NCBI GenBank assembly: GCA_040399745.1 | Contig: JBBARP010000008.1 | Span: 90,079-154,078, forward strand | Length of the DNA: 64,000 bases | Source: Bdellovibrionia bacterium | GTDB lineage: Bacteria; Bdellovibrionota; UBA1018 | Direction: 5' to 3' | In this document: in pieces, positions 27,258-34,905 of the stretch | Position numbering within the stretch: the first letter of the stretch is position 1 | Layout: each line of letters begins with the position of its first letter | The notes under the pieces: model-generated | Told to the model about the DNA's origin: nothing | Databases searched by the model: none | What the model saw: the letters and a program-made list of their open reading frames with translations, nothing else | Program-made: the position numbers and the translations under genes

Positions 27258-27842
27258 ATGCGGAAAAAGAAGCCAACAACCCGGAAGAAAACACCTCTCC
27301 AGCTTTGGAATGCCCGCGCCCAGAGGCGCGTCGGCAAGATCTTAGAGGTCATGGCCACTTTTGCAGAACTCAGGCGCCTCGGGCCTCGCTGGATTTCCTC
27401 TCAGACCTTGAAAACGCGGGGCTTGAGAGCAGAGGGAAGTCAGGGGCGGGCTCTTCTTTGGACGGTCGAGATCCAAGTATTGGGGGCTGCGCGGATGCAG
27501 AAATTCAACTCCCAGTACCGCAAAAAAGACGCGCCTACCGATGTCCTCAGTTTCCCGGCGCACCCGGTGTTTTCGGCTCAAGGGGTTTTGGGTGACCTTC
27601 TGATCTGCTTGCCCGTATTGCAGCGCCAGGCGCGGGAAGCGGGGCATTCAGAAAACGATGAACTCGACCTGCTTTTAGTTCATGGGGTGCTCCATCTGCT
27701 GGGTTTGGATCATGAATTAGGCCAGGAAGAGGCGGCTCGGATGCGGGCTTTCGAGCAGAAAGTGCTGAGAAAGCTGAGCCGCCGGAAAACGCCGTCTGGG
27801 CTGATTGAAAGGGCAGGAGCCGGAGTTCAGGCCTCCGATTGA
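27258..27842 (+). CDS. ybeY: rRNA maturation endoribonuclease YbeY (start set at in-frame ATG 27258)
   Basis: PTDVLSF, LGDLLI, HGVLHLLGLDH motifs; the longer ORF overlaps mazG. Confidence 0.9.
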   Translation: MRKKKPTTRKKTPLQLWNARAQRRVGKILEVMATFAELRRLGPRWISSQTLKTRGLRAEGSQGRALLWTVEIQVLGAARMQKFNSQYRKKDAPTDVLSFPAHPVFSAQGVLGDLLICLPVLQRQAREAGHSENDELDLLLVHGVLHLLGLDHELGQEEAARMRAFEQKVLRKLSRRKTPSGLIERAGAGVQASD

Positions 27843-27900
27843 ACGCGCCCAATCGATTGCGATCTTGATCCTGACCCCTCAATCGCGTAAATCCGAGTCT

Positions 27901-29041
27901 ATGACTTTGGCACTGCACGAGATTCGGAACCATTTTGAGGCCATGAAAACCCGCCTCGACTTCCTTCGGGGGTCTCTTTGACCTGGCGTTTAAACAACGC
28001 CGGATCTCAGAACTAACCGACTTTTCCACCCAGCCCGACTTCTGGAGCGACAATAAGAAGGCCCGGGCACTTTCGGCAGAAAAAAGCCGCATGGAAGACG
28101 AAGTGAACGGCTTCCTGGCGCTCGAGCGCGGCTACAACGACGTCGTCACGCTTTTTGAACTCGCTCAAGAAGAAAAAGATGAATCCGCGATGGCGGAAGT
28201 CTCGTCCATGATCGGCGAACTCGGAACGAAGTTCGAGCAAGCGGAATTCCGGAAAATGCTCTCAGAAGAGCAAGATCCTTTGAACGCCATTGTCACCATC
28301 AATGCGGGTGCAGGTGGCACGGAGTCTTGCGACTGGGCTCAGATGCTGCTTCGCATGTACCAGATGTGGGGCAAGGATCAGGGCTTTAAGGTCGAGGTTT
28401 TGGATGCGCTCCCTGGCGAGACGGCAGGCCTGAAAAGCGCAACTCTCACTTTCAGTGGACCGTTTGCTTATGGCCGGATGAAGTCAGAAGCGGGAGTGCA
28501 TCGCCTGGTGCGGATTAGTCCGTTTGACTCAAACGCGCGTCGGCAAACGTCGTTTTCTTCGGTCTACGTGACTCCAGAAATCGATGACAATTTTGAAGTG
28601 GTCATCAATCCGGGCGACCTTCGCGTGGACGTTTATCGCGCAGGCGGCAAGGGCGGACAGGGCGTGAACACGACCGACTCGGCCGTTCGTTTGACCCACT
28701 TGCCGACCGGGATTGTGGTGGCTTGTCAGGACGAGCGCTCGCAGATCAAAAACAAAGACAAGGCCATGAAGGTGCTTCGCTCGCGTATTTACGAGCGTCA
28801 CTTGGAAGAGGAACGGAAAAAACAGCAGGCCGTGGAAGATGCCAAAAAAGACATCGCCTGGGGCTCGCAGATCCGCTCCTACGTTCTTCATCCCTACAAA
28901 ATGGTGAAGGACCACCGCACGGGCCATACCGTCTCGCAAGCCGACAAAGTACTCGACGGCACACTCGACGATTTCATGAAGGCTTACCTCACTTGCCGAA
29001 TTACGGGTGATTGGGCGCGCGGCGGAAACGACGACGTTTAA
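27901..29041 (+). CDS. prfB: Peptide chain release factor 2, programmed +1 frameshift at CTT-TGA-C
   Basis: ATG 27901 frame stops at CTT TGA C (27976-27982); the +1 frame continues into the ORF with SPF and GGQ motifs. Confidence 0.96.
27967..27982 (+). promoter_or_regulatory. prfB frameshift cassette
   Basis: CGGGGG-TCT-CTT-TGA-C: internal SD-like run 3 nt before the slippery codon and UGA. Confidence 0.92.
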
Positions 29042-29102
29042 GAGGGGCGAGTCCCACTCGAGCCGAGGCTTCTGCCTCTGCAAGAACCGGGTTTAGAGAG
29101 CC

Positions 29103-30092
29103 CTATTTCTTTCGAAAACTCAGCTCGACCAGTAGGTCCGTCACCCAGTCGCGAAGTCCGTAAGGGCGCCTGCGGTGCTTTCGCTCATCCTGCGGACTCG
29201 GAGGTTGAATGCCCAGCGCGCTGATATCAATATTTTGTGCGTAAAAAATGCCGAACATCACGGGAGTGAGCCTGAGGCTCAGTTCGCCGATGGATTTTCC
29301 AAGCACGAGCGGCAAGCGCGACAGGACGAGCGCGTAGACTTCTTCAAATTTTCGGTCCGTGGCGAACTGAATTTTTCCGACGAGCAGGCCCTCGCGCGTG
29401 CCTTGCAGGATCTTTGAAATTCGCCTTCGGTACTCGGCCAAGCTTTGGGCGCGGTCCCCAGCCACACCGTGAGCAGCCGAGGCAAGCCCGGTGACTGCTT
29501 CCTCAAACTCGAGGTAGTTCATTCCACCTTCGATCTCTTTTAAGAAACTTTCCAGCTGAGCGCGGGTTGCGGCGTTCAGCGCGCGACCGCTTGAGGAAAA
29601 GCTCCGAAGCAAGATGGCCCGAACTTGGAGCGCGTGAAACAGGTGACCCAGCTCGTGCCGATGAGCAAAGCCCGCGGGGCGAATTTCCGCGCCCGCTTCA
29701 TCGACGCGGTCAAAACCGGAAAGTGCGATTTCATTTAAGCCCTCGGGGAACACGCCCACGGTGTCGGCTTTTCGAGTCAGCTCGATTCCTTGTTCTTGGG
29801 CGAATTTCCCGAGCGCATCAAAAGCAGCATTGAATTGCGCGTTGGTCATGGGGCCAGAAGACTGTGCAGCGGCCTCTCTAAAAACCTGGCGTGCCAGACC
29901 CTCGAGCCGCGTGGTCACTTCGTTGGCTGCTTTCTGTGAAATCCCTTTCAGTACGCTCTGCGTATCGCTGGAAGGTAAACGGCTCAGGTGCTTCTTCACG
30001 CAGTCTGAAACGCTTGATGCGTGCGCAAAAGTTGGGCTCACCCACGCAAGAGCGAAAAGGAGCGAAATCCAGGTTGGCTTACGACTTCTCAC
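29103..30092 (-). CDS. Hypothetical secreted protein with HExxH motif
   Basis: GTG at 30092 overlaps the upstream stop (GTGA); signal peptide ending AHA; HRHELGHLFH. Confidence 0.6.
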   Translation of the reverse strand: MRSRKPTWISLLFALAWVSPTFAHASSVSDCVKKHLSRLPSSDTQSVLKGISQKAANEVTTRLEGLARQVFREAAAQSSGPMTNAQFNAAFDALGKFAQEQGIELTRKADTVGVFPEGLNEIALSGFDRVDEAGAEIRPAGFAHRHELGHLFHALQVRAILLRSFSSSGRALNAATRAQLESFLKEIEGGMNYLEFEEAVTGLASAAHGVAGDRAQSLAEYRRRISKILQGTREGLLVGKIQFATDRKFEEVYALVLSRLPLVLGKSIGELSLRLTPVMFGIFYAQNIDISALGIQPPSPQDERKHRRRPYGLRDWVTDLLVELSFRKK

Positions 30093-30778
30093 AAGCCGAT
30101 TCCGCTCACGGGGAAAAGGGCGAAGATGCAGACGTCCCAAACCAAGTGCGACACCAGACCCGGCACGAGCGATCCGGTTCTCCGGTACAAGTAGCCCCAG
30201 TGAATGCCCAAGACCAGAGCAGCCAAGAGCAGGGGTGGGTTCAGTGCGGAAACGTGCACCCCGCAGTAAATCAGGGAAGTGAGAAGCCAGCCCTTGGTGA
30301 CCCCTCGGGTGCGCTGAAAGTGGTCCTGCACCCAGCCTCGCCAGAAGAGTTCTTCTGCCGGTGCAATGAGGCAGCCGAGGAGCATTCCCACGGCCCAAAG
30401 CGGAAGCTGGGTTCGCGTGCTGTAGATTTGGCTCAGGTAATCCGCTACTGGATCGCCAAACAGGGTCAGCATCAGAAAAACACCCAAGCGTGACAGTGCG
30501 TAAAGCCCCGCAGCGTGCAAAAGCCCCAAGCCCACGAGCTTGGGCTCAAAACGCAGGATGCGGGATTTCCACTGCCCGCGCTGCGCCCACAGCGCCCAGG
30601 CCGCGAGGACCGACGTCGAGAAGCTCATGGCCGGCCAAAACGCATGGTCGTGAAGCCAGCGAGTGGGCGCGGTCAGGGGCGAGAACATGAGGAACCAGAG
30701 CCCCACCGAAACTCCGAGTGGTAGGGCAATGGCTGGCCGAAGGGTTTCCTTCTTCACGCGCTCGGCGTTCCGATCCAA
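30089..30778 (-). CDS. CPBP (CAAX protease-like) intramembrane metalloprotease
   Basis: EELFWRG, YCGVH, SHLVWD motifs; multi-TM. Confidence 0.88.
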   Translation of the reverse strand: MDRNAERVKKETLRPAIALPLGVSVGLWFLMFSPLTAPTRWLHDHAFWPAMSFSTSVLAAWALWAQRGQWKSRILRFEPKLVGLGLLHAAGLYALSRLGVFLMLTLFGDPVADYLSQIYSTRTQLPLWAVGMLLGCLIAPAEELFWRGWVQDHFQRTRGVTKGWLLTSLIYCGVHVSALNPPLLLAALVLGIHWGYLYRRTGSLVPGLVSHLVWDVCIFALFPVSGIGL

Positions 30779-31680
30779 AGGCCCGCCAAAGTTCCTAAAG
30801 TCAGCAAAACTCCGAAAGCCAAGTGCAGTTGCGCCGACTGAACGTCGAGCATGCGAACCCGGGGATCGCTCGGAGCCGTGCTCGAGAGCGCTGCTTTCAG
30901 GGCTTGGAGTGCGGGGATCAAGCTCACGGCAACGATCAGCGAAGCCGCGGGAAGCAGGCCCACCAGCGCCATCACGATGACCGAAAGATACGATCCTGCG
31001 ATCAGCACCAAGTAGTACTTCTGTGCGCCACCAAAGCCCAAGAGGCCGGCCAAAGTGCGGAAGCCGCTCTGAGCGTCGTCATTGATGTCGCGCATATTGT
31101 TGCCGTGAAGAATGGCGATCACGAGCAGGGCCACGGGGATGGACTGGATGAAGATTTTTCCGATCGGCATTTCACCCGTCAGAACAAAGTAAGAACCCAG
31201 GACCATCAGGGGGCCCATCAGAAGGCCGACGAGCGGATCACCCAGTGCCACGTACTTGTAGCCTTTCGGGCCACCCGTATAGAGGTAGCCACCCAAAAGG
31301 CCGATCACGCCGAGTGCGGCCAAAGGCCAGCCTCGCAGCGCCACGAGTCCCAAGCCCAGGGCCGATCCAATGGCGAACAAAAGGATGCCGCCTTTGTGTA
31401 CCTGTTCCTGCTTCAAGAGTCCTGCGACCAGGACACCGCTTGAGCCTTGGGTTCCCGGGCGGTCCACGCCTTTTTTGAAGTCGTAGGCGTCGCTGACCAG
31501 GTTCGTCGCTGCTTGGAAAAGGATCGAGGCCACGAGGATGACCGGAAGAGTCCACCACATCGGCGAAGGGTCTTTGGGGCCCTGCCAGGCTGCCAGAGCG
31601 GCGCCAAAAAGCACGGGCACGGCGGATGCGGTGAACGAGAAAGTGCGAACGGCTTGAATCCAGACTTTGCGTTGGGTCAT
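30754..31680 (-). CDS. menA: 1,4-dihydroxy-2-naphthoate prenyltransferase (UbiA family)
   Basis: NLVSDAYDFKKGVD, YTGGP..KY.ALGD, NNMRDINDD motifs. Confidence 0.88.
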   Translation of the reverse strand: MTQRKVWIQAVRTFSFTASAVPVLFGAALAAWQGPKDPSPMWWTLPVILVASILFQAATNLVSDAYDFKKGVDRPGTQGSSGVLVAGLLKQEQVHKGGILLFAIGSALGLGLVALRGWPLAALGVIGLLGGYLYTGGPKGYKYVALGDPLVGLLMGPLMVLGSYFVLTGEMPIGKIFIQSIPVALLVIAILHGNNMRDINDDAQSGFRTLAGLLGFGGAQKYYLVLIAGSYLSVIVMALVGLLPAASLIVAVSLIPALQALKAALSSTAPSDPRVRMLDVQSAQLHLAFGVLLTLGTLAGLWIGTPSA

Positions 31681-31744
31681 AAGAAAAGTGATAGTTCAGG
31701 CCCTCGTGAACGGCAAAGATTTTTTAGTCCGGATTTCAGGACGG

Positions 31745-31773
31745 TTGACATTCCAACGGGGTGCGTCTAGTTT
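31745..31773 (+). promoter_or_regulatory. Sigma70-type promoter of tRNA-Asp
   Basis: TTGACA-17 nt-TAGTTT, about 30 nt upstream of the tRNA. Confidence 0.75.
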
Positions 31774-31803
31774 GCCGCTCACTCGCAAACAACGTGTTGA
31801 TGC

Positions 31804-31880
31804 GGGGGTGTAGTTGAGTTGGTTACAACGTCGCCCTGTCACGGCGAAGGCCGCGGGTTCGAGTCCCGTCACTCCCGCCA
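31804..31880 (+). tRNA. tRNA-Asp(GTC)
   Basis: 77-nt cloverleaf: acceptor GGGGGTG/CACTCCC, anticodon arm TCGCC-CTGTCAC-GGCGA, GGTTCGAGTCC T-arm, encoded CCA. Confidence 0.97.
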
Positions 31881-31894
31881 TTCACGAAGTAGAG

Positions 31895-31927
31895 AAGGCT
31901 CCCCCCAAAGGGAGCCTTTTTTATTTT
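31895..31927 (+). terminator. Intrinsic terminator after tRNA-Asp
   Basis: AAGGCTCCC-CCCAAA-GGGAGCCTT followed by a T-rich run. Confidence 0.85.
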
Positions 31928-33189
31928 CTAGGGGTCCTCAGCGCTTTCCAAATGGCCCAAAACAAAGCAGCGCTGGCTGCGCAGGGAACGCCCCAGCGGC
32001 TGATGGCGTCGGGCTCACTGAGGCCCAGCCACTCATTCAGCCACAGCCCAACCCACTGAGACACCCGGCTTTGCGTCAGGAGCGCCAAGCCTGCCCAAAG
32101 GGCAAGTGTTCGTGCTGGCGCTCCCAAAGCCAAAACACTCATGCACAGAGGTACCCAAAGAAACGTGAGCCATCGCCAGCTGAGGGGCGAAAAAAGCAGG
32201 TAGCCTGCCAGAGCGAGTGAGAAGAAACCCAGGGCTGCATCCCAAGGCAACGTTCCTGGGCGCCGATGAAGGCCTGAATCGGTCGCACTTTTCCCGAACC
32301 CAAGCCAAAAGCCCAAGACACCTAAAGCACCCAAAGCTCCCACCCACTCGGGGCGTCCTAGCCAGCGCGCCAAGACGGATGCGGCCGATTGGTTGATGTT
32401 GGCAGCGAGGAATGCAGAGTCCTGCTGAACCCGAAGGCAGTCCGTCCACGCCTGAATCTGTTGAATGAGATTCTTGGGTCCGATTGTGAAAGCTGGCGCC
32501 AGGTAAAGAGCCGCCGTGCAGAGAGCCGCAGCGAGGAGCTCCCGCTTTCCTACGACCAGGGCCAGAGGCAGCAGCGCGATCAAAAACTGGGGCTTCACGG
32601 CCAGAATGCACGCGACGAGCAGCGACCGAGCGATCCACTGAGATGAGGCCTCGGCGCGAGTGTCGTCGCGCGGGCCTCCGGGCGCCGAAAGAAACGTCGC
32701 CATCATGAAAACCCAGGCCGAGCCTAAAAAAAGATCGGCTTGCCCGTAGGAAAGAGTCTCTAAAAAGCCGTGCCAGGAAAGAGCGATTCCAGCCAGCACA
32801 CCAAGAGCCAGGCGTCCGGGCCGATCCACGCGGTTCAGCAGGCGAATGCCAAGGAAGCCAAGTGACCCAAGATAGGCCAAGACCGAAGCGACATTCCAGA
32901 CGGCAGCGGCTAAGCGCGGGTTCAGCTGAAAAAAAGTGGCCTGAAAAAAAATGGCAAAACTGGGGGAGTACTTAAAAGGCGAAGGGTCGCTCGGAAGGTA
33001 AATGGGGCTGCCTTCTACCCAGCGCTTTGCTGCAAGCCAGTAAACTTGAAAATCGCCGGGCAGAGGCGAGTTCCCTTCGCTGTTCCAGAGGGGGCCGAAG
33101 CGGTAAGCGAGCAAGCAGAAAACGGCAGAAAGGCCGCTCAAAAGCAGCCATTTCGAACGATTCAAAGCAAAGCCGGATCTCCCGCCCAT
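31921..33189 (-). CDS. GT87/DUF2029-family membrane glycosyltransferase (GT-C)
   Basis: DFQVY, FKYSPSFA, GQAD, VKP, NQS and SPLSW motifs; multi-TM. Confidence 0.8.
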   Translation of the reverse strand: MGGRSGFALNRSKWLLLSGLSAVFCLLAYRFGPLWNSEGNSPLPGDFQVYWLAAKRWVEGSPIYLPSDPSPFKYSPSFAIFFQATFFQLNPRLAAAVWNVASVLAYLGSLGFLGIRLLNRVDRPGRLALGVLAGIALSWHGFLETLSYGQADLFLGSAWVFMMATFLSAPGGPRDDTRAEASSQWIARSLLVACILAVKPQFLIALLPLALVVGKRELLAAALCTAALYLAPAFTIGPKNLIQQIQAWTDCLRVQQDSAFLAANINQSAASVLARWLGRPEWVGALGALGVLGFWLGFGKSATDSGLHRRPGTLPWDAALGFFSLALAGYLLFSPLSWRWLTFLWVPLCMSVLALGAPARTLALWAGLALLTQSRVSQWVGLWLNEWLGLSEPDAISRWGVPCAASAALFWAIWKALRTPRK

Positions 33190-33246
33190 GCTTTCTTCGT
33201 AACACTCCCGGACGAGAGCGGGCAGCGGCTTTTTGGCCGAAAATTT

Positions 33247-33456
33247 TTAACGCTCGTCGATCAGATCGCGAATTTTACAATTCAGCGCCAATGCGAACTT
33301 CGTCAAAGTGCTCAGCTTCGGATTGTAATCCGGGCGAAAGTACTCAAAAACGGCGGGGTACTGGATGTTCAAAAGCTTCGCGAATTGACGCTTGCTGATG
33401 CCGCGTTTTTCTAAAATCTGCTGCAGGAGTAGGGCAGGAACGGCCTGTTTCTTCAT
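33247..33456 (-). CDS. Small XRE/Cro-family HTH regulator (69 aa)
   Basis: LQQILEKRGISKRQFAKLL..NPKLSTLTKFALALNCKIRDLI. Confidence 0.82.
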   Translation of the reverse strand: MKKQAVPALLLQQILEKRGISKRQFAKLLNIQYPAVFEYFRPDYNPKLSTLTKFALALNCKIRDLIDER

Positions 33457-33621
33457 GGTGTCATTCGGATTATGGTCGAGGTTCCTCTTTTCCGGCAGCA
33501 TAGGCCGTGCCCTACTGCCCTAGGTCAGGGCAAAAAGGGAGGTGCCCCACTTGCGGAAGCAAGCGACGCAAGTCAGTGGTTCGTTAAGTTGCGGCTTAAT
33601 GATCCGCGAATTCGGTCGCGC

Positions 33622-34044
33622 TTAGGCGTTCTTGGGAACCTTCAAGCGCTGCAGTTGCGACTGAAGGCTGCTCCGCGAAGAAATCATCCCGCGGATGGCG
33701 CCTAAAATAATTTTCAGCTGCGCCTCAGAAGGCTCCGAACGAAGCCATTCTAGAACCAAGCGTGCGAGTTTTCCCTCTCGGCCTTTGGGGAACGCGATCG
33801 GTGCTTGGGGCGAATCGCCCGATGATTCTCCTTGAGGGGACTGCAGGAGCGACCACGTGGGAACCGAGAGAGCTTTGGAGAGGCGATCCAGAACATCTAG
33901 GCCCGGCGATGTTTTTCCAGTCAGAATGCGACTGAATTGCGGCGGCGTCATTTTTGCGCGAGCCGCCAGCTCTTTGCCATTCCAGCCACGGGCCTGCATG
34001 GATTCACGAAGACGAAACTGAGCGATTCGCAAGCTGCTCTTCAT
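33622..34044 (-). CDS. XRE-family HTH regulator with short C-terminal helical domain
   Basis: LRESMQARGWNGKELAARA..SRILTGKTSPGLDVLDRLSKALSV; GAGGG SD before ATG 34044. Confidence 0.8.
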   Translation of the reverse strand: MKSSLRIAQFRLRESMQARGWNGKELAARAKMTPPQFSRILTGKTSPGLDVLDRLSKALSVPTWSLLQSPQGESSGDSPQAPIAFPKGREGKLARLVLEWLRSEPSEAQLKIILGAIRGMISSRSSLQSQLQRLKVPKNA

Positions 34045-34085
34045 TGGGTGAAGCCCTCGATGTTGAACCAATTCAGCAATCGCTG

Positions 34086-34101
34086 TGCAAACGAATTGCC
34101 G
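34086..34101 (-). promoter_or_regulatory. Putative sigma54 (-24/-12) promoter of the XRE gene
   Basis: Minus strand CGGCAA-TTCGT-TTGCA fits the TGGCAC-N5-TTGCW spacing exactly. Confidence 0.45.
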
Positions 34102-34248
34102 AGATAGTTATTCTTTGTGTCGCCTTTCGCTCTTTCTGCTGAACCTGTTTTCGCGGAGGAGATTTCTTCGCGAAGGTCAGCAACCGGAAGGATCCAGGAG
34201 CGGTTGCAGGACGGAATATTCATTGAGGAGACGGTCTATGCCGATTCC

Positions 34249-34905
34249 TTAATTTTTTCGCAAGCGTTTTTCTGCTTCAAATTTGCTGCATATTTCGCAA
34301 GTTTTTCCGTTGCACCCTCGTGCGCTGCAGTGCTCGCGTCCATAAAAAATGATTTGCAAGTGAAGCGGGTTCCAGCGTTCTTTTGGAAAAAGACGCTTCA
34401 AGTCGCGCTCGGTCTGAACGACGTTTTTTCCGCTCGAGAGTCCCCAGCGCGCAGCCAAGCGATGGATGTGTGTGTCGACGGGAAAGCTGGGCACACCAAA
34501 AGCTTGCGCCATGACCACCTGAGCCGTTTTGTGGCCGACTCCGGGGAGTGTTTCGAGAGCTTCCAGATCGGCTGGGACTTTCCCGCCAAATTTCTCCACT
34601 AAGATGCGCGAGAGTCCCGAAATGGCTTTTGCTTTCTGAGGGGCCAGCCCGCAAGTGCGAATCAGTTCCAGGATTTCTTCGACCGGAACCTGCATCATGG
34701 TTTCTGGAGTCGACGCCCGGCGAAAAAGATCCGGCGTCACTAAATTCACTCTCTTGTCGGTGGTCTGGGCCGAGAGCAGCACAGCAATGAGCAGGGTAAA
34801 CGGATCGCTATGGTCGAGCGGAACCGGTGGGTTCGGATAAAGTTCGGCTAAGCGCTGCGAGACGTATTCAGCGCGTCGCTTTTGTTCAGCTTGAGTGAGC
34901 CGCAT
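34249..34905 (-). CDS. nth: Endonuclease III
   Basis: LLIAVLLSAQTTD, HhH LPGVGHKTA, VDTHIHR, four C-terminal Cys. Confidence 0.93.
   Translation of the reverse strand: MRLTQAEQKRRAEYVSQRLAELYPNPPVPLDHSDPFTLLIAVLLSAQTTDKRVNLVTPDLFRRASTPETMMQVPVEEILELIRTCGLAPQKAKAISGLSRILVEKFGGKVPADLEALETLPGVGHKTAQVVMAQAFGVPSFPVDTHIHRLAARWGLSSGKNVVQTERDLKRLFPKERWNPLHLQIIFYGREHCSARGCNGKTCEICSKFEAEKRLRKN

Noticed and set aside
31696-31881. 61-aa minus-strand ORF MAGVTGLEPAAFAVTGRRCNQLNYTP
   Set aside because: Typical translation of a tRNA antisense strand
31804-34100. Genomic island integrated at tRNA-Asp (GT87 plus XRE genes)
   Set aside because: No integrase seen and no duplicated tRNA 3' end found by eye; the tRNA has its own terminator directly downstream
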